NCBI GenBank assembly: GCA_964036045.1
Contig: OZ038379.1
Location: 2,604,001 to 2,668,000 of the forward strand
Direction of reading: 5' to 3'
From: Eutreptiella sp. 'Long Island Sound 2002'
Taxonomy: Eukaryota > Protista > Euglenida
Length of the DNA: 64,000 nucleotides
The notes beneath the pieces were generated by a model that searched no databases, was not told where the DNA came from, and saw nothing but the letters and a program-made list of their open reading frames with translations. Position numbers and translations under genes: made by a program. Each line of letters starts with the position of its first letter. Position 1 is the first letter of the stretch. Shown piece by piece: positions 12,223 to 25,384 of the stretch.

Positions 12223-14091
12223 CTGCAGTGGAGGCGTGGCGTGCGCTTGTGGCCCCAAACTGAGGGGCGGACGAGGGGATGATGCCGGGGCTGGGGCTGG
12301 GGAGCGTGCTCAGGCCTACACTTCCGGGGGGGGGGGGGGCTTTGGGGTGCCAGTCAGCCCTACCAACCGCTTCCGTCTGCCCCCAACGGCCCCCCAACCG
12401 CTTTGCGCCCACCAGCACGTGCCTCGCAAACCGCTTTTCCAACCGCTAGTAACCGTTTGTGCAACCGTTTCTGAATCGCCACTTGAGCCCCTCCTCTCCT
12501 CAAGCGCATCCCCGGGTTTTCCCTGGCACTTGAGGTGCAGTGCGTTCCACGTCATTCCACTCAGAAATCGACCCCAGACAAGGCCGGCGACTGAGCGATA
12601 CCGTAGGAAGTCAGCGGATGAATGATGCCCCATCGAGGGCAATACCCTCCCCCATCAGGGTGTGCCCCTCTCAAAATTCCATGAGGTTGGCAGCATGCAC
12701 ACAAATCCTCATGTCGGCTCCTTTGAATCGAAGGGGGTTCGGTTCTCTTTGTGGCTCCATTCGATTGTAAATATGGTAATACAACACGCCTTTGAAAACA
12801 TTGACTTCATGAAGCGGAAGGGCAACACGGCAATTCCACTGTGTCAACTGGCAACCACCCTAACCCCCCCCCCCACACACACCGCGTCATTGGCCATGAT
12901 TCTCATTGCCGGATGGGAAGCCCGTTGAACTGGGCCGCCATTTATTTGTCCCCACATCAGAGCTCTTGCTATGGGGGAATCCTTGCACTGCGCGCGCACT
13001 GCCCGCTGCTGTTAGAGTAGATTCCCCCATGAAGAGCCCCCATACTGACCCCTTCCAAACACCCTCAAAATTAGGCCACCCCACCTACCCTAGCTCAAGA
13101 CGGTTGCATACTATCTTCCCTTCCCATAAGACGCCATGAAATAATGTCCCTTGGATCTTTGAAGCCCTTTAGCTTTTGCATAGCATGTTGTTGCACGCCC
13201 TGTTTGACTGGCACGTCCCTACACCGGAAGACAAAGCAATAGTCAACTGATTGATGGGGGTTTGGAGTTCTTGGCGGATAGTATGTAGCCATTCCCATGG
13301 CTGCGCCAGACCTCCTGGCCTTATTTGAGTGGCGCGATAATAGTGCGGGCAATTGAAATCCGGTCGGCAGCGCTACCCCAACACAAAGAAAATTGTCATC
13401 AAGCTGTACACAATAGGCCAGCAACATGTATTGTCTGTCAACCCCCCCCCCTTGCCGAGGCAAAACCTAAGTTTATTGCTACACTTAGGCCTCCACCCCA
13501 AGGCTGCCATGAGCGTGGCCCATTTCAGCCCAAGGTCCCATCCCCCGTCCCCTCGCCGGTTGGCCCTAAGCCACACCCCACATCCCCCAGGCGCGCCCCC
13601 GACCCTCCCAAGCCCCCATAAGGATGTCTTCGAGGCGGATGATTCCGCCCACAATGCGCACGAGGGCGGCGACTACACATGCAGTTGCACGCCAGAATTT
13701 GCGCTACACAACGATCAGAAACGCTAGAGTGAGAGAGAACCAGCACGTCAACACCACAAGCGGCCGGGTATACGCTCAACTTTGGCGAGTGCACAACCTT
13801 TCAAAATATTCACGTTGGCGATTACTACACAAGTACCAAGAAACACAAGTGTGACACAACCTCAAGTCTGAGGGAGACATGACATAGGGATACAGGTCAC
13901 GGTAGGCCCCTAGGTCCATCTTCATGTGGGGGTGGGGCAGTGCCCTAACACCGTGCGGGTGTATGAACGCTCTCCGTCCCACCCCCACACTCCTCACATA
14001 GCTACTATGGGCTTACCGGTCACTCCGTCCTTCTGCCACATCGTCTCTGAACCCTAAGCAGAACACGATGCACGGTAAGTTCTTGGGGCCG

Positions 14092-15551
14092 TTAAGGGTT
14101 GAGCATTGCTTTGTCCCAATCCCCAACCAATCCCCACTCACAGTGTGCACCCTCTCTATCATGCCAGTGCTGACGGGCACACGCATGGACAATGATACCC
14201 CTAGCAGAAGCAAATCTATCCCACCGTGAAATAGGGTCAGCCGGGTTCATCTCTGATGGGACGTAAGCAACCAAAACTCCCACACCCGCCCACCTCAAAC
14301 GGTGGGCTAACCGGCGAACAATACAGTGCAACTCTGCCAACGCCGGACTTGCTCTCCCACGTATGGCCTGAGAAACAGCAACAAGACTGTCCATGACGAG
14401 GTGCAAGTGTTTACAATGCGCTGCTCTAACGTAGTCCAACCCAGCCAAAACCCCCCATCTACAAACTGTTGGATAGTGATCCAAACAAAGCACCTTCGAA
14501 TAATCGGTCCGCACGGCCCCAAAACACCAACGGTGTATCGGTTACCTGATACATTGATAGCCGCGTCGGTGAATACGCGCATGGCCGGCTTGCGGGTTGC
14601 TTGCGGTTTCCAGCCCCTGGTACTCATAGCTAGCGCTTCAAGTAAGCTACAGGTCACTGATGGAGGCGTTTGGTGTGACCACCTCGGCCCCAAGTTCAAC
14701 CACATCCTGGGTCCAGCTAGAAAGCAGCCCGCAAGATTGCTAGGCCGCCCAAGCCATCCCAACTTCCCCAAAAACCTGCGGAGGGCCTTGAAATTGTACG
14801 GGCAGAGCACAAGGCAGACCCATCAAGCAATTAGGTCGGCTAGTGCATTGGGGCAGGGAGCTATCCGGGGACCAATTAAGTCAATATCCTTCCCCATCCA
14901 CGTCGTGCTCTACATAGGCTCCGGGACACTCTTTGGACATATCAGGGATCCCGCTAACTGCATGTTATGTACAATGGCCTGAGTCACGGACACAGTCACA
15001 GTGAAGCCTATTTAGGTCATGTGGGACGCACAAAATGTCGTCCAGGTAATGGCCGCCTACGATTGCCTTTGAATCTACATGCTACAGCACGGTGGCAATC
15101 GGGTGTTGGACAAGGCCTGGCGCCTAATGCCACCCAAATGGGACCCTGATGATGGCATAAAATCGGTGTCCGGCACCTATTCTAACGGCTCGTTGCAAAG
15201 ATGCCGGGAGCTGGACGCTCCAACTGCCCAATAACATTTACGAATATCAACTTTCGTGGCAGAGGCTCCACATCCCAAACTGTGCAAAATGTACAAAAGG
15301 CGCTCTAACGACGGGAGTTTGAACGTGCAGGCTTTCGTGGAGCATGTGCCGTTAAATGATTGCATGTTAATTATAAGGGTGCATTCTTCAGCACTTTTAC
15401 ATTTGCCAAAAATGCGGACATTCGGCGGTTCACGTGAATCTCCAACCAACCCTTGGGTGTGCCATGCTTGTATGTAAGAGTGCATGCACTTTAGGGCATT
15501 TACTATGGGGCTGTGTGGGCCCGGCCATGCTAGCATACAAATGTGAGACAA
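14092..15551 (-). pseudogene. Reverse transcriptase plus RNase H of DIRS/VIPER type, decayed
   Basis: Motifs as listed for the element, distributed over several frames. Confidence 0.88.
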
Positions 15552-16389
15552 TCAAGTGGGCGACTAATCGGCCACCAGTCACTCTCCCCTAGCAGGAACG
15601 TGATGTTTGCTTAGTGAATTCCGCCTGCACTTGTCAGCTACCAAAGGCCCACTTGACGATGCTTGCAATCCAATTTGAGGTTCCTCTGAGTCAGTGACCG
15701 TCGATATGGAGGCCAAAGGCCTTGGGGGCGTGGGCCTGGTCCAAATGCGCAAGGACCTTTCGCAACTATGGGCGGAAGTTGAAGGAGCGTGAGAAGTGAC
15801 GAAAGTGGCCTTCGCAACACAGAGAAAATGCGAAATGCGGCACTGTACAAATGTTCATCGCAGCTTGCAGCGCACTCGGCGCAGCGATGGCTGGCAGGGA
15901 AAGGGGGAAAAGGGGGAGGGGGCTGGGGCCAACGCATCTCTACGTGAGGCATTGATGTGGCGTCTTCCTTGGAAGTGATGTGTTGTACGCATGACACCTG
16001 ATGCCGCAGCATCACGTGTCAGTTTGCACCTTTGCAGTCAAATTTTGAGCTTTGGCGAGTTCGGTTGACTAGCGGTCTCACGAACGACTCTGGCGGGACA
16101 TTAGCTCTAGGCCGCATTTGGGTCCGGACTCAACCAAATGAGCGATGGGTCCCCAATAATTGCCTAGTGCGGGGAGGGGAGTGTTTGCAGGGGGGTGTTG
16201 TTTTCCAGTCTGTATTGTCGTCGGAGTCACTCCTGTGAACGGGTATTGGGGGGTCGTGGCCTTGCTGGCGGACTTGCTGGCGGACACAGTCCCATAGGCT
16301 AGAGTTGCATGCTCAAAGTGGATCGGAAGGCAATTCCATTGGGGCCCGGCCATGGGAACTCACATGGCAAGTGGAATTCCCATTCCAGT

Positions 16390-17260
16390 GGGGGGGAGGC
16401 ATAGACCTAGGCTTGCTTTTCGGATTTCCAGTGACCCCATAGTGCGATAACTTGCAATACAGCGCCGCCGGCGGCGAGCATCACCACCCCCATGCACCTA
16501 AAGGCATGCCATTCAATGGATGTCCACGGTGACCCAACAAGCAATTTTTGTAGGGGCCTCCAAGGTACATGTGGTTGGGAATACTGGAATATGGACAATG
16601 AGGGGGGATGGTCTCGGAGTAAGATGTGGTCCACAGCTGCTTGTCACCAGGCATAGGCCTAGGCTCCAATTCTGGCTGGCACCAAGGTGTCGGACCTTTG
16701 GTCATCATAGAACACAATTTAGAACCTAGATTGAAGATCAGAGGATGTGCACCCCGGTCCGCAACAAATGGGCCACCAACAAACAGGCAAAAGCGAGGGC
16801 AAGGAAGTCGTCGCCAGACCTGACGTGCTCCGCCATGTACCAAAGCACTTCGGGGCAAGCCAAGTGGCGCTTTGGCTCAGGATTCCGATACAGCCTGTCG
16901 GCGCCGGCAGCCATCACCCAATGTATTGGGGCAAGTGTTTTGGGGACAAGGGCCAATTTTTTTGCCATCCTAAGTGTGGGTATGTGGCCCCGTATGGTGG
17001 AGGAACGACGGCCTTCCGCGGCAAGGCGCAATATGTGCTAGCGCAACGCGGTGTTGCGGTCAACATCATGGAACAACAGGGCGGGTCGTCCAAGCAACTA
17101 GAAATACCCCGTGTACAATTGAAATTTGGCAGGTAGCGCCACCCCAACACAAAGAACATTGTCATCAAACTGTACACCACAAGCCGGCAACACGTATTGT
17201 CTGTCACTCTCCGCCCCGCCCCCTGCCAAGGAAAAACCAAATTTTACTGCTAAACTTAGG
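16390..17260 (-). pseudogene. Tyrosine recombinase, decayed
   Basis: R…HxxR…GxW…Y catalytic pattern spread across frameshifted ORFs 16738-17031, 16481-16858 and 16407-16634. Confidence 0.85.
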
Positions 17261-20200
17261 ATCCCAAGGAAGAAAATCTGCCAATGTCACGAGGGACAAA
17301 AGAAAATCTTTCTACCCATCGAAGCTCAACAACAACACGATTCAAGTAAGAATGCACATGATGCACATTTGCCCACCATGCATCCTCAAATTCTCGAGCT
17401 ACTCTTTGTCTAATGGTCAATCTTCATTTGCACGCTTGTCAACTGCATATTGATCTTGACCTTGATAGTTGCATCCGACGCAGGATGCGAATTCACAGTG
17501 CCCACATTGAGGGCTAACACAGTGGGGAGAAATTAACCTAGAAAGTAGAACATGTGGTGAGTGAAAAGAGGTGAAAGTGGGGGGGGAAATGGGTGAAAAC
17601 CCAAAAATGCCATATCCAATGCAAAAGAAGCACCAAGATGCATGTTATCAAACAACAATGATGCCCCTAGTACCACAAAGTGTGGGTTTCTAATACAGTG
17701 AGATGCCCAAATAGTCGCACTGCACGTGCACTGCACTTAAGTCCCCCCCCTATCAAACCCCCCCTTTCCACACCTACAACCCCCCACCACCACCAATTAC
17801 ACCCCCTAGCAACTGTTACCCCACAACTACCCATCCCCCCCCCCCTCCTTGGGCAAAAGCAGTGCTCAACTCATTTCCCCACCCGTTGCCGCCCCTATCA
17901 CGAACGACTCAAGCTGTCGCCCCCCTGAGTCAGCCGATCACCCACTTTGTTTGGGGAGGATGTGTTATCACATGTACAGTCTGTGATACAGCCGCAGCCC
18001 GACACTGTCAACAACTCACTCCCACCTGCCCCACAGGACCCTGCCCGGGGGGGGGGGGGGGGGAGGGGCTGCCATCCTCTAATCTGACAATTCCAGCAGC
18101 TCCAGTTGCTGCAACCGCTCTCGCAGCAGCGCTCTCCCCTCTCCCCCCTGCCACACACCCACTCCACGGAATATGTCTGGCGCCTTCACCTGCCCCTCTT
18201 CGGCAAGCGTGTCTGCCTACTCGTTGCCATGTACCCTCCCCCCCCTTGAAATCTCCCCCCTTTTGTCGGGCCGGTTCCCCCCCTAGGGGGGGGGGGGAGA
18301 CGGTCACAAAGTGAACCGCACCACAGGGGGGGGGGGGGACCACACCACAAATCTGTACCATAGTATCACATTGTAAATCAGCTTCGGCGCCTTTGGCACC
18401 TTGTAAAAATTTTCTTTGGCACCTGTCATTTCCTATGCTTTCTGGGCCAAGGTGACGGTTCCCCCCGTGGGGGCGGGAATTTCAAGGAGGGGGGATTTCA
18501 AGGGGGGGGGGGGGGGGGTACGGCAATATGGGGGGGACTGACTGCACCGCAGACAGCCCCTCCCTCTGCTCGGCCATACCCAGTACCTGCACCCAAAAAT
18601 CCTCATGGGAAATATCATGGGGAGGGATCAATGGTCAGTATCAATGGACTGAATGTCCCCGCCATAGACACTTTCAGCCATTAGTCCAGTATCATTGGGG
18701 CGGGGGTGGGGATTGATGAGAGGTTGGTCAGGCATAGGGCCAGGGCAACCGTCCTACGTGGGCAGCATATGCAGTACACACCAGATCAGACCGTGTCAGT
18801 TGCAGTGTTGGTGCCCTCTTCACCTCCCCTGAGGGGTCAATGCGATCATAGATGGGGGCTAATGCGGCCTCCACATCCTGCACCGCTGCCATGTCTGACC
18901 TCACCGCCATGGGCAAATGGGCAAGATCTCACAGAAAAGCCACAAAGTGACACGCAGGATCACTCCACATGGGCACCACCTGCAAACCAGAGGCAGCAGA
19001 GGTGGACGAGCTGTCCCTTGTGACACACCTGCAGTGCTTGGATCATGACCCAACGGAATCTACATTTCTGCTCCTACACCCCCAAACTGCACCACGCTGC
19101 TCCCCAACTGCTCATGGGTGCTCCCATACTGCGCCCCAGTGCTCCCCAAGTGATCTCCAGTGCTTTCCCCTGCTCCTTAGTGCTCCGTGTCTGCCCCATG
19201 CTCGGCCGCGACTGCCCCATGCTGCTCCCCATCTACTCTCTAGTGCTCCCACACCACTCCCTACACCAGCACCAACAGCATTGTTTGATTATCCAACATC
19301 TCAGGCCGTACATATTCAGCAATTTGATATCAAATCTCCAAGCACCAGCGCCACGAGATTGTTTTTTGGGGGGGGGGTCACAAAGCGCTCCACACATGCA
19401 TGTCCTGTTACACATATGCAGCAATGTTCGGCAGCTCTCTTCATAGGGCCAAGGCCCCACATCACACATTGCTGAGTCGCCAGCTTAGTGCCCTGTGGTG
19501 GGATTTTCTGTACTGGTGAGGCCTTATTGTCCACCCCAAAGGGATCTATATGGTACAATACAGTGGTGAAGAGGTACGCCGATATCGGCCATAATGGGGC
19601 AACCCGTCTAGCCAACGAGGATGTGCCTAAAGGCTGCGTGAGTACCAGGCGGTACTTCAGGGTGTACGTACTTGTTCGGCTTTTGAGGAGGGATTCCTCC
19701 ACACACAGATAGCTGGGTTGATTGTCCACCCATTGAACAGGGCGGGTTCAAAAATTGCGAGAGATGGGGAGCCGACTCATGATGCCACCATGACAATGTC
19801 CCCATTGCGGAACTGCCCCAACCTGGCATCTTGATTCTGGGGGCTAGCACCTAGCATTGTGCCTCCCCGCGAGTACATATCTCGGTCTTCAACAGGAGGG
19901 GGCACAAAGGCTAACTAGGAGAGGGGGATCAAAGGGTTGCTTGTTTTTTTTAGCTTGGTCTCTGTGGGTGCTTGTTTTGTGCGAGCTATGGTGTGGTGGG
20001 GTCCACCAGTTGAATTGGTGTTGGCGGATTGCCTTGATGTGGCCAAGTTCCCTTCCCCACACCCACTTGCTGCAGACATAACGCGGCGCGGCATGCATAC
20101 CCCGTGGTCTTGGGACGCTGGTGCGGGGTTGGTCCCAGGGGTAATCCATAAGGGCGGAAAAAAATTAATCCCGTTGATACTCGCTGTGTAACACACTTGT

Positions 20201-22485
20201 TTGTGGAGGGTGTCCTCTGTTTGGCTGTGGACGGCCAACGGTGGTTGGGGGGGGGGGGGGGCATTGGATGGGTGTGGGTGGATTGGACCGATGCGACCTG
20301 TGTCCACTCCCAACACCCGCTACACACTACAAATCCGAAGGGGGGGGGGGATCTACTTCCGCCTTGTTGTGGGCTGCCCCCCCAAATTGCTTTGTGCCCC
20401 TCATGTTGCCCATGCACACATCATCTTGTGGGCATTGTCCTTCGAGTCTTTTCCACCACTACCATGGCCGCATATCAAGTTGTGGACATGGTCGTTCTAC
20501 CGCCTCTTCCCCACCACCTCCAGCCACATGCAGTTCCATTTGCGGCTTGCTCTGACAGCTCTGTGAGCCATGCTTGCATGGAGCTAGCCTACACTCACCC
20601 CCCCCCCCATATAAATGGCCAGGGCCATGTTTGTCTATTCTAGCAAGCGGGGCCCAGTATTTGGGGGGGCATGTTCGAAGAAAGATCTAGATACTTTGTT
20701 CATGCCTTGGATGAAATTTCGTACCCTTCTCGTGCTTTGGGAATGTTTGCGTCGCGCCTTGCACCACTCCGCAGCCTCCTTACTGTTCTGTTGTTTTGCC
20801 AGGCTCAGTTGTTGTGTCATGCCCGGGATGTGATCTACCCGAGGGTACAGGTTGTACATCATTTGCACCACATAGCAGGGCACATAAGGGAAATCAGTCA
20901 ACCATCGGAGGTTGTCATCGATCAATCTTATGAGCTCGGCCGGGATGGGGATATATCCACGGACCCGCAAAATTCAGTAAAGGAAGCAGTGGCCTCCATG
21001 CACAGCCATACGTTCCTTGGCATATCCTCCGCCACCTCCAACACTGAAAATGCCAGGCAAAACTCATCTAAAAGATATTGCAGCCAAGGGAGTGGAAATC
21101 GGGGGTGGGGGGTAAAGACCAACCGGCCGGCCTGCACATCGTCATAGATCATAGACCATAGATTCCCCCGTATGAGCCAAGGTCGGCAGCTTCCAAGGCA
21201 ACAGCGCCAGTCAAATCTAGAGTAGTTGTCTTAGCCTTCAACTTCCAGCACGTTGGGCTCATCCAAACCTGCCACATTGAGTTGAGCCGCATCAAGAAAC
21301 GGCCTGAGGTTTGCTGCACCATGTGCCACAACTCTAGGGTGAATGCTACCATCCATCTTTTTTTTTTGTACTCCGCCACTCCATAGAAGGCCCCGGTGGG
21401 GGGCGGAAACATGGCAATGCCACGGTCCGTAATGGTAGTACATGCTGGTCTGTCCGGGGCGTTTTACAAAACAGTCCCTCGAATTCCCAATAGTGGTGCG
21501 TGCAACCATCAGGGTATGCCTTATCGGCCACACATCCCAAGGAGACGCTGCGGGCTGAGTCTGCCCTGGCCCCTGTAATGAGGGGACCTAAGAAAAAGTC
21601 CATGCATCAGGCGTATGCTGTTCCCAAAAAGCTCTCTCTACTTCCTACTCAACTGTCCTCTCACATAGTCCCTCATCTCCCTCCGATACTGTTCTTTTAC
21701 CCCAGTAGGAATCAGAGCGACACCAATCGAGCTCAATGCACGGCCAGCCAGGGCATGCACAGGGAAAATGTATGTCCACAATTTTTTGCACATGCTTCTC
21801 TTGTTTGTTTGGGTGTGTGGAGGTGCATATGCTCATTCGGACCTCTGGACATTGTCTCATGGTTCGCAACAAGTCAAAGGACTCATGAAGCCACATTTCA
21901 TGAGGAGCACGCTGAGGACCACGTCTGCGATTCCATCGCCGCCTGCAGCAACTACTGTCCCAGCAGTTCCTAGACAAGCTGCCCGCCCTTTTCCAGAAGC
22001 ACCAATACTCCGCCCACCAGTCTTCCCTTGGAGATGGGCTCGTGGAGTGGGACGTGCCATGATTGTGGCTGTGTTTGGTGCAGTGGCTGCATTTCTGGGG
22101 AGATTTGTTGTGATGCATCGGCAGCAGCACGGTCCTCCCTCCGTCCATTGCAAGCTCCTGCGATCGGTCGCTGATGGAGCACCAGAAGCTTTGTGGAGTG
22201 TGACTGGGGAGAAGGGCAATTGCGCAGGTCTCTGTCTGTGTGCCACTGCCTGGTGTCCCCTTGTACTGCATGAAGCGCTCAAGCAGGGCAGGCACTGCCA
22301 TAGACTCCCACCAACATGAGTCCTTATGGATTTTGCAGGTCTGTGTGGGCCATGCTGTAACCCCCCCTGCTCCCTGTCTATGGGGAGGTCTGTTCATATT
22401 GCATGGAGTGAATCCGATGGCTAAAATTGGAGCCAAAACTGGAATTTTCCCTTTGCAATACTTGTAGAACGGATTCAGGACGTGC

Positions 22486-22695
<210 letters not shown>

Positions 22696-23939
22696 GGGAG
22701 GGGTGTATTTGTATCACACCGCCATCATGCCACCCCCCCCCCCCCTGCTGTGACTGGCTTCGTTTGCTCATTTTAAAGAGCCTGTTGGTGGCCTCACTCC
22801 ACAACGTATCCAAGAAACACCCCAAACCACGCCCTTGAATGCCCCAGATGATGCACAGTTTGGCTGCAAAGAGCCCCAAACCAAGGCTAAGCCATATCTT
22901 GGGCTACATGGCTGAAGAACCAATTCTGAAGGCACATACTTCACCTGCGAGCCCCCACTTCATGTGGTCTGCACCCCTGAGAATCACCCAGCGAGATGCC
23001 TATTTCTGAAAGCGGATCGCAAGAGAAAGCGCCCACCTTTGGAAGACTCATGGGACAGTTGTGTTTTGGAATCAGAAGGCAGGAATGATGATGCTCAGCC
23101 CATTCCTGGAATGGAGGAGGTGTTGGCTGAGGTATCAAATGAAGAAGGAAACAATTGCGTTGCCTAATTGACAGTGGTTGAGAAAAAGGCGAGCAAAGGC
23201 ATTGAGAATTAGAAAAGCCAAACAGCTTGCCTGTTTTAAGCCGTTGCGGGTGTTGGACCCCATATACACGACCAGCCGGAATCAGCGCACGACCGCCTTT
23301 GGAGACGGCACGAGGAGAAGGAAGCACGAGAGCCCAGCGGGCAAGAAAGGAGAGCGGCACCCGAAAGGCCAAGAGAGCTGCCCAGATCGTGGGAACACGG
23401 AGAACGCTACTTCAGCCTAGGGTGAATGCTACCATCCATCCCTCCGAACAATTATTTGTGTGCTGTGCGGCAGTAAATTTTGCACTGAGAAATCTCGTGG
23501 AGACAGCCAAAAAGGCGTGGGAAAATTTCGCAGACAAGCGCAAAAAATGCTGTGGTGTGTAGGGTATTGCAAAGATGCAACTCACAATGCATGGGAGACC
23601 CATCTCCCACGCTCTGTTTAGGCTGCGACAGTGGGATTCAACTTACACTCCAGGCACGGGCAACCATACCTGCCTCCCGCCGCGCCACCGCCAGAAAAAT
23701 TGTGGAGAGCGTCTGGGAAATTTTGTGAATGAGCAAGGGCAAGTGGAAGCAGGGGAGGTGAGTAATACCGGTACAGGGCGTGCCATGTGCAGTGGAGCAC
23801 CGTTGAGTGGACCCATCACAGCAGGTCTTGCCAGTTGTTTGCTACACCAAGGCCAGTGTATAGGATGATCCCCGAGCAAACTGCATCTTCCAATCACCCT
23901 GAAAACCAGCTCCCCAACCAAGCCAAAAAATGCTGTTTC

Positions 23940-24062
23940 CAGGCAGGGCAGTAATCAGCCTCCCCAAAAGACCATCCCCAGCCCCAAATCAATGAAAAAA
24001 GTTGGTGTTCAGGGACCACCAGCAAATGGAAGGGCCAAACGCCACAGTTCCACAAGTTGCAG
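23940..24062. repeat. Interspersed repeat; near-identical copy at about 31748-31865
   Basis: GGCAGGGCAGTAATCAGCC…GGGACCACCAGCAAATGGAAGGG…TTCCACAAGTTGCAG is present at both sites. Confidence 0.9.
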
Positions 24063-24617
24063 TACCATCCTTGCCTTTGTTGCTCAGGGGGAGCTCGGTA
24101 GTGCCCTGCGGTGCCCCAGTGTTCCGCGGATTTTTCCCAGGGGATGCGATCCATATGTGGTCCTGCTGGTGGCACCATGGCGGACAGAACCCCCAGTGCA
24201 GCCCAAGCCTCTGGTGCCAGTCGCGTTCGAACCCCCAACCATGTGGCCCCTGAGACTCCGATGCCAATGCCGAGCCAGCTCACCAGGAGGGACGTTGCGA
24301 CAGCTCGATTGTACCCGCTCAGGGGGGTACAACAGGGACGCATTGGAGCGGAGGAAAGGGGGGGGTCTGAAGCGGGGGGGGAGGGAGATGTGAGGGGGGG
24401 GGGGGGGGCTGACCCTCCTCCTTAACTGCTCCTTGAAAGGTTTCGGCACCAGAATTTTTTTTGGCCTATATTGCTGATGGGCTGTGGATGGTTGCTGTTG
24501 ATTCCTGGTGGCCTCTGGATGGCTGCTGTTGATTCCTGGTGCTCTCTGGGTGGTTGCTAGTATTCACCCTCAAGTTGCACCTGAAACTGTCAACCTAAAA
24601 ATTTTCCAGAACCCCAA

Positions 24618-25384
24618 GGGGGAATGTTTGCCCGGCGCGCGCCTGGCGCGCACCCGGCGCGCTACTTTTCTATTAACTATCCCGACTTCAGACCCAGAAT
24701 TACCCCTTGGAAACGCCCTTAGAATTAGGTGACCCAAACTGCCGCAGCTCAAGAAAGTTGCAAACTGGGGTACACAGTACCACTCTCGCTCCTTTAAGGG
24801 TGATCTTGGTCAACACCTTAGCAAGTTGGGAGAATGGGGGGTTAGCATAGCACAACCCCATCGATCTCCAGTAGAAGCGTTAGGCGTTATTGAGGTATCG
24901 CGAACAGTAGAGCTGCATCATGTGCTGCTCCTTACTCGCGAACAACTCCACCTGAACTTCATTCAGGTCTACCACCCCTGCATTCTCGGGGGTCCCCAAC
25001 AAAGGGGGACAAAATCAGAAGTCAAAATGTACGCTAGGGGTCACCATGATGCCCCTAGGGGCCCCTAGTATCTCAAAGTATGGGTCTTTAGTACGGCCAG
25101 ACGCCCAAATAGTTGCACTGCGCGCGCACTGCGCTTAAGGCTCCCCCAATGACATGAATCCGGCCTTTATAAGCACCATCATGGCCCCCAACTTCGAAAT
25201 CAAAGAAATCACCTCGGGTACGAGAAGGTCCATACCCATCCCAAATCAAAACATCTGCTGATGTCCCGGGGGCTAAGGGGCAAATCCATATAATGTTGCC
25301 CAACATATCAACAGCAACAGTCCACCGGTAGGGCACGGGTCACAAAAGATGCCCGGCGCGGGCCCGGCGCGCTAACGTTCCCCC
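24618..25384 (-). mobile_element. Composite PIF/Harbinger-type element carrying a transposase fragment and a methyltransferase fragment
   Basis: CAA|GGGGG (24618)…CCCCC|CAA (25384). An extra internal right end of the sister subfamily ends at about 25146. The DDE_Tnp_4-like fragment VAVDMLGNIIWICPLAPGTSADVLIW…GHDGAYKG lies at about 25150-25335. Confidence 0.7.
24766..24990 (-). pseudogene. Dam-like DNA N6-adenine methyltransferase fragment of the DIRS-associated type
   Basis: Translates to VQVELFASKEQHMMQLYCSRYLNNA*RFYWRSMGLCYANPPFSQLAKVLTKITLKGARVVLCTP. It has a motif I-like ELFAS and the catalytic NPPF, with one in-frame stop. It is absent from the supplied ORF track. Confidence 0.85.

Larger units (their letters stand above)
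13351..17260 (-). mobile_element. Decayed tyrosine-recombinase retrotransposon, order YR then RT then RNase H
   Basis: YR motifs LLRTG (about 16750), WHAFR (16497-16511) and WGHWKSEKQA*VYA (about 16395-16435). RT motifs FKLPSLERL…TKVDIRKCYW, RVPFGWH*APGL and HYLDDIL (YLDD at 15037-15048). DIRS-type RNase H motifs VFTDAA (about 14560-14575), MDSLVAV and YVPSEMNPADPISR (about 14225-14265). Multiple stops and frameshifts. Confidence 0.85.
12973..17750 (-). mobile_element. PIF/Harbinger-type shell interrupted by a YR retrotransposon
   Basis: TAT|GGGGG…CCCCC|TAT gives a 3-bp TSD. The left end (12973 to about 13110) and right end (about 17290-17750) match the ends of the 24618 and 26289 elements, including the subterminal GCACTGCGCGCGCACTGC motif. 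Confidence 0.75.
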
